Made by a program: the position numbers and the translations under genes. Below, one piece after another: positions 1 through 13,723 of a DNA stretch of 64,000 nucleotides. Within the stretch, counting starts at the first letter, position 1; each line of letters starts with the position of its first letter. This DNA is from Negaprion brevirostris (lineage: Eukaryota): NCBI GenBank assembly GCA_030324005.1, contig JARDVH010000121.1, positions 6,187,715 to 6,251,714 of the forward strand. The letters are read 5' to 3'. The notes beneath the pieces were generated by a model. The model saw only the letters and a list, made by a program, of their open reading frames with translations, was not told where the DNA came from and ran no database searches.

Positions 1-80
1 TCTTATTGAATGGCGGGGCAGGCTCGAAGGGCTGGATGGCCTACTCCTGCTCCTATTTCTTATGTTCTTATGTTGTTATG
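1..80 (+). mobile_element. 3' end of young CR1 (HER1-like) LINE
   Basis: GAATGGCGGGGCAGGCTCGAAGGGCTGGATGGCCTACTCCTGCTCCTATTTCTTATGTTCTTATG tail with short tandem terminal repeats; near-identical copies at 4510-4590, 16885-16973 (-) and 63069-63145. Confidence 0.85.
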
Positions 81-1539
81 TAAGTAATACTTCTGACTGT
101 TAGTGAGTCAAAATACAATGGTTTTTATTTCAACATTCTGGGGTTTATTCCAGAATTTTGGGAGAAGTAGGACTACAAACTTCTCATAGAACACAAACAC
201 AAGTGGGCATTTATACATCATGATTCTTAGTACCAATCACGACACAAGTTTCTCATTCTGTCCAGAACTCCGGGTCTTCTTTCCCTCGTCGTGATGCAGC
301 CCCAGATTTAATTACAATTCACAGTCCAGCTGGCAGCTGCAGTCATGACACACGGTCACAATTCAAAACCTTTCTGCAGCAGTACCGACATCCCTGTCTT
401 TGAAGTTACTTGTGCGATCGTGGCTGTCCCAGCAGGACTCTTCCTGAGTAAAGCCGGGATCCTGATCTGCCATGAGCAGCTGTCAAAAGCCGGTATGGTA
501 AACTACCATCTGTGTAACGATGTCCAACTAACACAAATAGGTAAGATTTGCCAAGTCTAGAAAATAACAGCCACATTAAAGTATCTGTCTTTATGAAAAT
601 GAGAGTTAAAGCATGTAACATATGAACAAATAACTTATATTAATGCCAGGAGCGATATAACCTGGAGAAGATCAGTCGTGATGAAGGATTATATTTATGA
701 CATATTCTAGATACAAAATCCATTAACCCTTTCCCTTCAGGTACAGAATGCATTCACTTTTTTCCCTACTTCACTTCCCTTACCTGGAAAAATAGACTGG
801 CCATGTTTGCAAGTCGTTGAACGATCTGCAGTTTGATTTTGAAATTTAAGCTAAAACAATTTAGAAACGTTAGTGAAACAGGAATTCGTCATTATGGAGA
901 GGTTTGGAAATTAGAGTGGTGCTCCGATTTGAATTATCGGCATGTTTGTTCTTGTCGTGTTGTTAGCATGCTCCAGAAGCAAGGACACATAGAATTCTTG
1001 TGAACTGAGAAGGTCGTGGAAGGCCACAAGTGTTGTACCGGCAATAATGGCTAAGGGACAGCCGGGGATGCAATTATATAACTCGAAGCGGCCTGAAGTC
1101 TTGAGTTCACAGTAACGTTGAGGCACTGCAAGTTCATTCAATCTGGCAGTGTGTGAAAAAGTGTGAAAAGTACCCGAATTTACAGATGGGATTGAAATTA
1201 TTCAAATTTATAATGGAATTGAGAGAAAAAATAGAGGAACATAGAGCAGTGATTGTGCATTTTCGAGTCAGTTCGGTTTTGCCTCGCAAAGGAACATATC
1301 CACTCATCGTGTATTTATCAACGATACAGCATTTTAGGGTGCTGTCATTCCCGCTTCATTACTTGTTGCAATGATTTCATCAGCTCGAGTATACCTGCTT
1401 GGTTTTGTATCTGAGAATGTTCGAAAGATAACTTCATGCTGCATTCACTGTGTTAATGCCTCCACAAATCAAACTCCACTTAGTGATCATTCCGAACTAT
1501 CTCCTCATGCAGTATAAATAGTTCACCACTGTATTTGGG

Positions 1540-2170
1540 AAATTTGTTCAAGGGATGTGAAGACTTTGTTGCCCATTGCTACTGCCCCTTGTTCTGAGAG
1601 GTTTGCTAGGTGATTGCCAATCAGCAGTTATAGCATTGCTGTGCGTCTGGATGCAAAAGTAGATCATGCCAATAAAGGATCGCAGTCTTGCTTCCCAAAA
1701 TTCAATCAAATGGCATTTTTAGCAACAGTTGATGGATGGTCGTCATGACCCAACGATGTGTGGTGGTGAAGTGGTTAGTGTCCCCTGCCTGTGAAACAGA
1801 AGCTGCGGGTTAGAGCCTCTCCCCTTGGAAGTAGTGGTTATCAGTGATGGAGGTGCCAAGCCAGTTCACTGTCAAAACCCGTCCAGTACACCAGTGGCAG
1901 GCAGTTTGGTGGCAAAGTTAGTGCTTGTCAACCATGTTTATGTTTGGTTTGTTCCCTTCAGTTTAAAGGCCTGGCGGCTTACGAGCGACCTGTTCCAGGA
2001 CACATCTAGCTACGTAAATACATTAAAGGCTGTCTTGCACAGCATTGGCGCACTAAGCCAAAACAACAAACAACAACCATGACTGAGGCTAGCTTTCAAT
2101 TTCATAATTTCTAAATATAATTAAAATCTCACCAGCTGCCCTGTTTGGATTTGAAACATGGTCCCCTTTC
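1540..2170. mobile_element. old interspersed repeat (Deu-SINE/LINE-tail-like) interrupted by a younger SINE
   Basis: TTGTTGCCCATTGCTACTGCCCCTTG... motif resembles the copy at 39870-40125; the sequence resumes after the insertion at 2078. Confidence 0.4.
1750..2077 (+). mobile_element. tRNA-derived SINE with (ACA)n tail
   Basis: A-box-like GGTGGTGAAGTGGTTAG, degenerate B box, 3' CAAAACAACAAACAACAAC; flanked by direct repeat CATGAC (1744-1749, 2078-2083). Confidence 0.55.
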
Positions 2171-4365
2171 CCAGAGTTATTGCATTTCCTGTCCACGTAC
2201 ATTACCGCTTAAATCAAACTCTTCTACATACATTTCCGAAAACTCTTTGCTCATCATTTTGTGGAAACTGTTGCTGAAAGGTAATATATATGACACGAAG
2301 TGTAGAAGACGAAAAATAATTCGAAAATAATACAGAAAAATTCCACGGAACGAATGTGAACCAGTCACAATGGAATTACTCAATGCTAACCTCCTCTCTC
2401 TCAGCATCAAAATGAAAACAGAAGTTACACCGGATCCTATTTGCCACAACGTCTTTCTTCAGCTGTCAGAGGAGGAGGGTGGCAATTTAAATGCAATGTC
2501 GGTACCAGGCTGCTGAATCAATCTTACCCTTTTCCTCTCCATTGACTGCAATCCGCCTGTCGTTCCTGATTGAGCATTCGTTTTGGGAAATGTGGTGACT
2601 CTGTGATCACAAACGGATATTAAAGCACACAATATCTTTCGCAAGGGAGGAAACATCTGCAGTGTCAGAGATGTTAAAATAAGGGACCAACTAACAGGCG
2701 GCACATTTCCTGTTCACTGCAAATTAGGGAACGGCAGAATTTAACATGGATGTTTTTTGTCAGATGCGGGTCGGGGAATTTGATCAGCGGAATTAATTTG
2801 CAGCTGTTTCAAGACTGTGATGATGGCCCGAATTAAAACCACGTTGATTGGCATCTTGTGCTTTGTCCTTTTTACACGTAAGAACCTGTTTCCATTCAAT
2901 GAAAATTTACCTGATTTTATTGATGTTGTAAATGCCTATGTTGGTAGATCGCACTGTGGCAGCCTCTTTATGTTCATTGTTCAGATTGGTCAATAATACA
3001 GCAACCAATGGCTTGGCTGATGGTTATATCTAAGCAAAGTTCTCTTGAGGCCTTGTGTGTCATCTCTATCGCGATAGTTCAGCACTGATCACCAACACTC
3101 AGCAATGCCGTACCTTAATGGACCTGACAACCCAAATCTGAGTGCGCTATAAAAAAATCTGGAAAGGTGCAAACTTACAGGTCCTATATCTGGAGACAGG
3201 AGCAGAATTAGTATTTCCGGTAGTTTTGCTTTCATCGGTTCTAGGAAGGCTTAATTATCTGAGAGTTTTCCAGCCAGTCGGATGACAGCCAAGAGGAAGA
3301 ACGTGAGAAGGATGAAACCGGAATATACGTGCCTATATGAAATGAAGAAAGGACTAAAGGGGAAAAAAATGCTTAAAAGGGACTGGTCATTTGTTAGGCT
3401 GCCATGCAAATATGTGTCAGGATACGTTTTGGTTGTTCTGTTGTTTCGACCTATTTGACTGCTATCGTAACCTCTTCGAAAAGAAGTCGCTAGCGAATCT
3501 GAAATTTGAATCGATTCTAGCCGTTTTCAATTCAATCTGATCAACCCTGAAGTAGACATTTCAGTTAACGAAGCTAGGTGCCTCTGATTTTTTTCAGTGG
3601 CAGAACAATATGTGACAGAGGGTTTAAAGTTGCCAGCATCGCTTGATTTAATTAACATTTCAACTAATACGTTGATGAAGGATCAGAAGATTTACCGAGC
3701 TATATCTTTAATGCTGTGTTTTGTGGTGAAATGGTTTAAGCGTGTCACCCTGCCTAAGGCCAAATTTCTCATTCTTTTCTTCACATTTCCTTTTGGCGGT
3801 GGGGCTGGGGGAGAGGTGGTAGGCGGGGGAGGTGGGTGGTAGTGGTCATTGGTTCTGTACTCTGAACCCTCTTAGTACATAACTGGTAACAGATGGTTCT
3901 CTGCACATTCGCATTTGCTGCACAAGGGCAGAATTGTTACGCCGCCATATTTAAATCTCACATCATCTTCATTCGCATTCACGGCGACAATCATTATTCA
4001 ATCAGATATTAATTGTTTTTAGATATTATATATTAAAAAAAAACTTCAACTGGCTGTCTCCTCTCTCACTCTCTCTATTCTTCATCTTCTTTCTTCATTA
4101 TTTCGCTGTTTGCATATAACTTCGTTTCAAATTAAGAGTCCACATTTACCGTTACCTGTCCAAATTCTGACGGTTAGAAGCTCAAACTTAGAAGCTGCAT
4201 AGGGGACAGCTTAGTATCGGCGGCCTGTTTAGTTCTTCACCATATATGTTTACCATATAGGTGTTNNNNNNNNNNNNNNNNNNNNNNNNNNNNNNNNNNN
4301 NNNNNNNNNNNNNNNNNNNNNNNNNNNNNNNNNNNNNNNNNNNNNNNNNNNNNNNNNNNNNNNNN

Positions 4366-4592
4366 TGAATCTCTGAAATTCTCTGCCCGTTGAAGTGGCG
4401 GAGGCTACCTCGCTAAATATATTTAAGTCACGGGTAGACAGGTTTTTGACAGACAAGGGAATTAAGAGTTATGGGGAGACAGCGGGAAAGTGGAACTGAT
4501 CCACTTCAGATCGGCCGTGATCTTACTGAATGGCGGGGCAGGCTCGAAGGGATAGATGGCCTAAACCTACTCCTATTTCTTATGGTCTTATA
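4366..4592 (+). mobile_element. CR1 LINE 3' end (end of ORF2 plus 3' UTR)
   Basis: TGAATCTCTGAAATTCTCTGCCC...GTGGCGGAGGCT...TTTAAG...GTAGACAGGTTTTTG, then the same tail as 1-80. Confidence 0.85.
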
Positions 4593-6749
4593 TCAATTTC
4601 TACCCTCTGCGACAGTGGTGAGGAATGATAATGGAACTGACAATGGCGCTGACCCCTCTTGGCTCTGGGGAAATGTCTGCCCATGTTTCAGTCAGCAAGG
4701 ATTTTTCCTTTCCGGAGGATACACAATATTTTCTTTTGGCGAAGGTCCTGCTAGATTCCTGGAAGCCCCGGCACTTCCGCAATAGTGTATTTCTGATTAC
4801 CTCCAAGTCACAGAAGAGAAGCTCAGAGAATTACTGTGCTCAGTTTAAAACGCAATGAACCAAAACCTCATGGTTAGTTCTATGTATAATTTGCTATTTC
4901 AAAATGCAAGGAATTTAACGAGCGCCCTGTCATTAGTGTAAGTAACATAAGGTCCGCAGTTAGTTCTCAGCGTAAATAACTAAAATGTTGGAGAGTTATA
5001 AGCTTAATGAACTGAAATCGTTAGTTTCAAATGCAATAAAGTAATGGATTCTGGCCAGGTGTAAGTGCCATTGTCTGAAAGGATGTGGTAAGGTGCAATC
5101 GTACTTATCGGAAGTTATGCGCTCTATTCTAAGTGTAATTATCATAAATTGAGCTACATTTGAGGTGTAAGATAATTAAAAGTTATGGTTAGTTCAAAGT
5201 GGAATGAACTTCAAATTTTGGTTAGTTCACATCATTATGAATCAAAATGAATCAGTCAGTTCTGACTTCAATTAAGTATCGTCCGTGTTAAATTGTAACT
5301 GAAAAAAAACCGAAAGCCTGTGGCCAGCTACACGTGCAATGAATCTTCTTGCACAATTTGAAAGCTGATTGCAAAATCTAGACCAAGTTAAGAAAAAAAA
5401 AAGATCTTCCACATAACTCGTGCCTTTTACTATCAGAGAATGGTTCAGACTCACAACATTTGTATGTATCATGCTTATCTTGCTATTCTGGGCGTTTTGC
5501 AATCTTGGATTGCTACTGTCGGGATGGTCTCACATTTTCCACTCTCACATGGGCACTACCAAATGATCTGCACAGTGAAACGAAAAACAGTCCACGCTTC
5601 ACTGTAAACCTCACCCAGGAAGAAATTGCGGATAAATGGAGTACCATATATAAGTGTGCGACGGGCCGTCACTCTCTGACTGTTACATTGTTATGTTGGT
5701 CGGGGCGGGTTTAATTGTGTGCGGTATTGTCCAGACTGCAAATGGTCCCACATTCTTCCGCATCTTTCCCAGTTTGTGGGAAGCCTTCCTATTGAGGGGG
5801 TCAGAGTACAGATCATTTCATCATAGAATGATTATGGCGCAGAAGGTATTCATTTCCATGCTTGTTCTCCGTAGAAACACTGACCCGACCTTTCCCATTG
5901 GCTCTTTCTGGCTGACCGAATGTTACACTTTCCCAGCACCAAATTGTTCAGTCAAACTATACTATTGTTTGTCAAAATAGCCCTTCGCAGGAATGTGCTG
6001 ACCTGACTCGTTTTACACTTTCCCTCATTCTCTGTTAACTTGCTTTTGTCTTTGGCTGCTGCAAACCTTCGATTTTACTGTGTAAAATAATCTTTTCCAG
6101 CCCATGAACCTTCAAAGGTTTAATTATTTATCGATTACTGCCTCTTACAAATGTTGGTTATGTGAACTGCGACATTATTTGCTTGCCTTCCGCTCCAATA
6201 GCCAACAGATTCTGCAATCTCATCTTTACACCTGAGACATCTCTACCTCTGTCAGAAACTGCTTCAAAGGTACAGCTTTGATAAAGTTTCTGGTTAACTC
6301 ATTGTATCGAACGTGGCTCATTTAAAGCATTTTTGGAAGTTTTTACGACTTTCAAGGACCGACATTAATACAGCTTTTAGCTGCTTAGCGCGAAATCAGT
6401 TAAATGAACGGACTGTTCATTTGTGCTTAAAGCTGACATGTAATTTTCATTTGATATTGACTTCGATTTTCTTATTATGACTTTTTAAGGAGTAGGACGT
6501 TACATTGGAATAGCTTTCGGCGTTCTTGTACTACTTATTCTTCTGTGCATCCTCCTCATATTAATCTGTGTGGGATGTAACAAACGTAATTTTTCCGAAA
6601 TCGATTGTTTTCTTTTTTNNNNNNNNNNNNNNNNNNNNNNNNNNNNNNNNNNNNNNNNNNNNNNNNNNNNNNNNNNNNNNNNNNNNNNNNNNNNNNNNNN
6701 NNNNNNNNNNNNNNNNNNGTAAGTTTTCCGAAATCGTTTGTTTTCTTTT

Positions 6750-9650
6750 TTAATGTTATTTGCTATCGTTCTCGTCAGTAACGTTCTGACGTTAATTGCT
6801 GTTTTACATTTTTGGGTTGAAGCTCAAATTATGTATTCAAATTTAGTTCAAAGCACTATGATATATCGTTTCTACCAATATTTAACTTTAATTCTTTATT
6901 AATGCAATACGTCTACTCATATAAAAGTACATATTTAAATGATGCGAAGTCTTTTGCAAAGAGAATGGACATGTCCTCACATTGCATTTTGTTTTACTCA
7001 TTAAAATAGGCCCGGGCCATTTTTTGTGCTTTCCATATGACAATGCTTGGTCACTCAGAGTCAACTAGCCTCAAGTTTATTGAATCAAAGCTTGGCATTT
7101 TGGAAAGTTTGGTAGTTTATTCCAAGTTGCCACTGAACTACTGCATTATTTGTAACAGAGTCTCCATCATTCAGCGTCAACTTGCCAAAAACTCCGCTCT
7201 CTGTCCAGACGAACAATTCGTAAAGGTGTATTTTTTGGAAAAAAGTGTACGGAAAAAGTCGATTAATGTTTATATGAACACATGGGCATAACACATTCAA
7301 TAAGATTAAGGCTGATTTGCGAGTAATCTCAAATCTTCAACACCAGGTAACATAAAAAAAAAATCGTTACGAAGAATCAACCTATCTAAGCCTTAAAAAA
7401 TATTCAAAACCTCTCATTCCATTGCCTTCACAGGAAGAGATTTGCAAAGATTCCGACTATCTAAAAAAAAACACAAACAAACGAGGCATTCACCTCTTTT
7501 CCATTTTAACAGATCGACAGCTCTTTTTTTTAAAGTGACCCTAGTTTTTGGAAGAGGAGAAGCAACCTCTCCACGTTCAACTTGTCAAGACGCCATTAAA
7601 CCGTATATCATTGAATCACGTCACCTCTTACGCATCAGAAATGTAGCGGATGGAAGTCTAACCGTTCCTCATTAGAAAACCCTCCATTTCCATACAATAG
7701 CTTCGTAAACCTTCTGTGATCTTCTAAAAAAAATTACATCCTTCCCTTAAAACAGTGATAATTTCTTTTGTTACATGTTTTCATTGAATGACTTATCAGA
7801 CCATTTCAGGAGTCATTCATGCTGCCATGGGTTACGAGAGATATTCACAGGGGATACAAGTTCTACACGCGGCAGCAGTGAACCAGCCCATAATTTCGCT
7901 TTAGTCACTACTGCTACGTGGTTATTCAATCTTGCTTTAATGTGTTAAATAATTACGTCCCCTGATTCAATTGTGAAATTATGAACTAATTTCTCTGGAT
8001 CAGTAGCCGGTGTCCCCGGATTATATTCGTAAAAACATAACGATTACAATGTTGTTCTACCTCCAAAATTGAATTTACTGCTTTGATAAGGATTATTTGT
8101 TTTTTTTTCCTTTAGTGAGGTTGTTCATTTCGATGTATTTTGCAATTTTAGCTTGTGGTAGTATTCAGGGGGACAATTCAGGCTGCGTTTTTAAATGACA
8201 AAGAGGTGGAAATGATCTCCCAAATTAAATGTGTTCCTGTCTCCTTGTTGGGTTGTTCTGTACCGGTGTATAAATATAGAAATGCGTATGCAACGACGGG
8301 GGAAAAATAGGAAATGTCTCTGAAACAATGTATTTTTTTTCTATACAAGTGTGTGAAAAGATGTCAAGATATCGGGATAAAGATGACCAAATCCCTGCTA
8401 CATCTGCAGGTACTGTTTATGATTACCCAACTTTCATCAGTGAACCTGTCCAAGACCTGAAGGCATAGAATGGAATTTTAAAGGACAGATATTTCGAAGG
8501 AAATCGACAAGTTATATATAACAGTGATATTTACTTTATTAATGCTAATAATGCCACTGCCAAAGGGTTAGAGAACAGAACAGACAGGCTGACATGGAGA
8601 ATAGGAAATTGGCTGGTGAAGTAACACCGAGCAAAATCACCATTCTCTCTGTGAAATGAAGACGATGGGGATACCAGTCGGATCACAGATTTTCGTTTCA
8701 AGATGAGTTAAGTGGTGTAAATCAAGCCAGTTTTTTTCCTCTTGCAAAGACACTGGAAATTGTTTCAGGAGGGAAGCGGCATGAATAATTCTGCGCACAA
8801 ATGCTTGAACTGCTCTTAATCAGATCACAACAGGCGACCCGAATCATCACATTACTATGTCTAAATGACAACTTACTCTGTGGTAATTCTGGATAGGAAT
8901 ACACGGCACACGCATTGTATCACATCGCCCATCCGTGCTCTTTTTTTTGCAGAAACATGGTTGAAGCCAAATTTCATTAGCGACAGAGCAATGCCAATTC
9001 CCTCATCCATCACAAATGTTATGTTTGTTTTTCAACACACATGCAGTCTATAAATATTTATTGCTTCATGCTGTTGGAGCACCTCATCTCCACTGAAGAA
9101 CTCATTGCTTCAGTTGCAGCGTCATTCCTGCATGTAGGTGACTAAGAATTTGTCTTCCCATTCTTCATTTGTCCTCGAAAGGCAAAACATTTTCCACCAT
9201 TGATCAACCGGGTGCCTTTAGTATGTCAAAAATCGGCTTCTATAACTCATATATTAAAATATCATTTTATTACCATCGTTCAACGATTTGATCCTTCGTA
9301 CAATTCTTGTAAATATTCACACAGCCAAATTTCTGTACTTTCTAATCCAGCCTCCTTCAGCTGAGCAGGAACATCCCATTACATTTTTGAATTCTAGTAC
9401 CTGTCGTTTAATGATGTGTGCAGTTGGCACGCTTAAATTCCTTATTTTAATTTCAGGCCCCTTTTTAAACCAACTCTCGGCTGTTTTAAGTAATTGCAGA
9501 GAAAGCACGTCTCTGAAAGGGCAATTATTTGTATCGAATAATATTGACATTATCATTGTGCATGTTTAGGCCGATGCAGAATTCTGGATATTTATTAAGA
9601 TTCGCAGAGGCTTAGCACAACGCACATAGTTCTTAAGTTACGTGACACAA
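6750..9650 (-). mobile_element. highly decayed LINE (L2/Crack/Jockey-like)
   Basis: Minus-strand remnants resembling the APE endonuclease (EIWLQ, RKDR..GGV-like near 8900-9000) and RT motifs near 7500-7680; many stops and frameshifts. Confidence 0.3.
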
Positions 9651-10224
9651 ACGTATAGTGCCATTCTCATGACATTAAACTTGATGTAAGTAATAATGAG
9701 ATTGGAAACAAAAGAAATGCCTTTCAGATTGACGTTTACCTGGGTACAATCTGCCCAATAAGCATTTTGTTTGTTCAAATATTGATCAATGTCTTCTCTG
9801 TGCCTGCAAAACAGATTTAATTGATCGTGAGTGTATATTTTCACTATTGTGATACAAAATCGCATTTTGAAAATAATGAATAAGAACAATGTCTTATGAC
9901 TTGTACCTTAATCCACAAGTTATGAAATAAATTGCATTTCATATTATTTTCAAAAGTCAAATATTATTAATGACTTTAATTTCCTGTTTTGATACGCGAG
10001 ATAATTCTTCATTGTGATTCGTTGCTTAGTGTGCTTGATGACATTGTTGTTATTGGTCACTGAAATATACTGGAACTCACTCCAGACTTAAATCTATGGG
10101 TAGAAAATGAAATCCCATCTCGGAACTTTCATGGACGCCTTTCATTCGGTTTACAGTGAATGACATGTCTTCATAGCTAATTGCTCATCTTTGTCAGGTA
10201 TGCAACACTGTCTCAGTGGGATGG

Positions 10225-11580
10225 ACACAGAACATAGAACAGTGAAGCACAGTACAGGCCCTTCGGCCCTCACTGTTGTGCCGAGCTATTGCTAAACCTA
10301 AGATCAAGCTATCACACTCCCTATAATTCTGTGCCTATTTGATAATTGCTTGAAAGTTCCTAAAGTGTCCGAAACCACTATCACAGCAGGCAGTGCATTC
10401 CACACCCCAACCACTCTCTNNNNNNNNNNNNNNNNNNNNNNNNNNNNNNNNNNNNNNNNNNNNNNNNNNNNNNNNNNNNNNNNNNNNNNNNNNNNNNNNN
10501 NNNNNNNNNNNNNNNNNNNNNNNNNNNNNNNNNNNNNNNNNNNNNNNNNNNNNNNNNNNNNNNNNNNNNNNNNNNNNNNNNNNNNNNNNNNNNNNNNNNN
10601 NNNNNNNNNNNNNNNNNNNNNNNNNNNNNNNNNNNNNNNNNNNNNNNNNNNNNNNNNNNNNNNNNNNNNNNNNNNNNNNNNNNNNNNNNNNNNNNNNNNN
10701 NNNNNNNNNNNNNNNNNNNNNNNNNNNNNNNNNNNNNNNNNNNNNNNNNNNNNNNNNNNNNNNNNNNNNNNNNNNNNNNNNNNNNNNNNNNNNNNNNNNN
10801 NNNNNNNNNNNNNNNNNNNNNNNNNNNNNNNNNNNNNNNNNNNNNNNNNNNNNNNNNNNNNNNNNNNNNNNNNNNNNNNNNNNNNNNNNNNNNNNNNNNN
10901 NNNNNNNNNNNNNNNNNNNNNNNNNNNNNNNNNNNNNNNNNNNNNNNNNNNNNNNNNNNNNNNNNNNNNNNNNNNNNNNNNNNNNNNNNNNNNNNNNNNN
11001 NNNNNNNNNNNNNNNNNNNNNNNNNNNNNNNNNNNNNNNNNNNNNNNNNNNNNNNNNNNNNNNNNNNNNNNNNNNNNNNNNNNNNNNNNNNNNNNNNNNN
11101 NNNNNNNNNNNNNNNNNNNNNNNNNNNNNNNNNNNNNNNNNNNNNNNNNNNNNNNNNNNNNNNNNNNNNNNNNNNNNNNNNNNNNNNNNNNNNNNNNNNN
11201 NNNNNNNNNNNNNNNNNNNNNNNNNNNNNNNNNNNNNNNNNNNNNNNNNNNNNNNNNNNNNNNNNNNNNNNNNNNNNNNCCAAAGTTCCTTCTCTCCCAC
11301 GGCTCCTTATCGTCTTCATGAGCCCACGATGGGGAACCTTATCAAACGCCTAACTAAAATCCATGTATACAACATCAAATGCTCTACCTTCGTCTACACG
11401 CTTAGTTACCTCCTCAAACAATTCAATCAAATTTCTGAGACAGGATTTATCCCTCATGAAACCGGGCTGACTATCCCGGATTAAACTGCATCTTTCCAAA
11501 TGGTCATAAATCCTATCTCTCAGGACTCTTTCCATTTACTTATGAATCACCGAAGTAACACTAACTGACCTATAATTACA
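10225..11580 (-). mobile_element. CR1 LINE fragment spanning a gap
   Basis: ORF 11350-11535 (-): LIRDSQPGFMRDKSCLRNLIELFEEVTKRVDEGRAFDVVYMDFS is CR1 RT; CR1 3' tail (ACAGAACATAGAAC) at 10225. Confidence 0.9.
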
Positions 11581-12299
11581 GATCTCCAAACATGGAATTC
11601 TGAAAATGGGTCATTCAGAGGAGGGGTATATTTCTTTTGAATTATAATGCCAAATAGTTACCAAGTTCGTTCGGATGGTGAACAAAATTGATGGGGTTAA
11701 AAGAGAACAACAGTGCCAATTGACAGGTACGAGGCTAAGGATTCATAACTTTATAATCAGAGCCTGATCATTAAAAATTGACATTAGGAATCACTACTAT
11801 AAGCAGGGATGAAATAAATTTCTAATTCCCTCATTTATGAAATGATGATATCTCATAGATAATTCTAAAACAAAATGATGACATGGTCAGCTGAGTGTAT
11901 TATGAAGAATACAACACACCGTTCCCATAAATGCATCATGATCAAATTGAATGGCGAAGCAGCCTTGTTGGACGTCAGGGACTACTGTTTATTTTTTGTA
12001 TTCCTAAAGGTGTTGCCAATAAACCAGCAGCTTCTCTTTCTTCCCCGGACCTTGCCAACGTTTCCAGGCTGAGTATAATCACATTTTGTACGGTGAATCA
12101 CTTAATATGCATCTGTCGATTTATTTCAAAGTTATTGTGCCCTGCAACATTATTCACTTGTATGCAAAAGGTTTGAAAACTTATTATTGTGTCGATTCTT
12201 CCGCCTATTTCTGACAAGCGATTATTGAATCCCGTCAGAAGTTGAGGAACCAGATGATACACCTGGTAATAGATTACGTGAAAACTTGTATCTAAATAT

Positions 12300-13066
12300 T
12301 GATTTGTTGCTGCCTGCAAAGCACCCAGACCTACTGCGTTATCTTCAGCCTGCACCTCAACTCTTTCAAATGCACACACCATTCCCTGCCCTATTGATAA
12401 TTGTGACTTCAGCTATTCAATTTCTCGCTGGCACTTTGAATGATCAACTGTGGAAGCCTACTTTTCATTACTGACTTGGTGTAAAACCTGAAATGCTGCC
12501 TGCTGATTTGTGCATTTCTCTGTTAATACAGACACAGCTTGTTTTCCGCCTCGGTCGTTTTCAATAATAGCTCGCTCCTTTCCATGATAAACGTTTTCAC
12601 ACTGAACCTGAAAGTGAGCCATGTGCAGCATATTAATTTTATTTCTTTGTTCTTGATCTGCCACTTTAACTCCAAGCCCTTCTATTTCTTCCTCCATGCT
12701 ATTCGTTTTAATTTTAACACCCTCTTGCACTTTGTTTACTTCTATATCTACAACATGCTGTAACTCATCTCACATCTTTATTGTTCATCGCAGTAACTCT
12801 GTTTCTAACCTTGCGTTCTCTAGTTCATCATTTAAACAGTTAACTTCCATTTCTTTTCTCTGCAATTGCCCCAAACAAATCGCAATCTCTGTAACTTTAC
12901 TCATTTTATCAATTCACTTCCTTTGGGCTCGACACCTTTTTTTCCAACATTTTTGACTCACGGATCCCAGATCCTCTTCGTTAGTGATACAAAAATCGAC
13001 CCAACATGGTTATTTAGTATGGGGATAACCTCCTACTATTTCTTCCCATTTTGAACACTCTGCCAT
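12300..13066 (-). pseudogene. decayed gag-like coiled-coil ORF of an LTR retroelement
   Basis: From ATG 13066, one frame reads MAECSKWEEIVGGYPHTK*PCWVDFCITNEEDLGSVSQKCWKK...IAICLGQLQRKEMEVNCLNDELENARLETELLR*...STVDHSKCQREIE*LKSQLS with scattered stops; it lies downstream of a PBS and an LTR. Confidence 0.55.
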
Positions 13067-13145
13067 TTTCTCCGTTATATCTAGTTTAAGGTACGGGGGA
13101 AAGGTAAGGAGCTTGACTTGTGTTAAAAATTACTTCCCCTAGCCT

Positions 13146-13490
13146 GGGTGGCACGGTAGCACATTGGTTAACACTGCTGTTTCGCAGCTCCAGGGACCTG
13201 CGTTCGATTCCTGGCTCGGGTCACTGTCTGTGTGCAGTTTGCATGTACTCCTCGTGTCTGTGTGGGTTTTCTCTGCGTGCACCGTTTTCCTCCCACAGTC
13301 CAAAGATGCGAGGGTTAGGTTGATTTGCCATGCTAAAATTGCCCCTTAGTGTGTCCTAAAATGCTGAGATTAGAGGGATTAGTGGGTAATAATATGTAGG
13401 GATATGGGGCTAGGTCCTGGGTGGGATTGTGGTCGGTACAGACTTGAAGGGCCTCTTTCTGCATTGTCGGGCTCTATGATATCTTTATGG
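13146..13490 (+). mobile_element. HE1-like tRNA-derived V-SINE
   Basis: GGTGGCACGGTAGCAC..TGGTTA (A box), GTTCGATTCC (B box), central GTTAGGTTGATTTGCCATGCTAAAATTGCCCCT, CR1-like tail. Confidence 0.9.
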
Positions 13491-13701
13491 TGTGTCATGA
13501 ATGTGAATCAATCCACCAGCAACAATACAACCAAAAGGTAGGTCTTTAATCCATTATCAAGGCCAGCAATCGAGATACTACTGAATGTAAGGTTTCCTGT
13601 ATTGTGTTTATTCACTCAGAGTAAACATTAGGTTTGTTCAAAATCACTTAAAAATTGTAAGAGCCCAACCCAGTGCAGCATTTACAATTACTTCTTATCG
13701 G

Positions 13702-13719
13702 GTCCCCTCTGGGATGCCA
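13702..13719 (-). promoter_or_regulatory. primer-binding site, tRNA-Arg(CCT)-like
   Basis: Minus strand TGGCATCCCAGAGGGGAC, 4 nt after the LTR end ...AACA; resembles the complement of the vertebrate tRNA-Arg(CCT) 3' end (TGGCACCCCAGRTGGGAC, from memory). Confidence 0.6.
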
Positions 13720-13723
13720 TTTA

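Noticed and set aside
345-621. Short ORFs with splice-like sites (AIVAVPAG resembles the end of the GPCR exon 1)
   Set aside because: No donor at the equivalent position, no partner exon and no recognisable domain
10335-11484. Long ORFs of 312-363 aa
   Set aside because: Artefacts of reading through an N gap
13146-13225. tRNA gene
   Set aside because: The A/B boxes belong to a SINE head that continues into the V-domain and LINE tail
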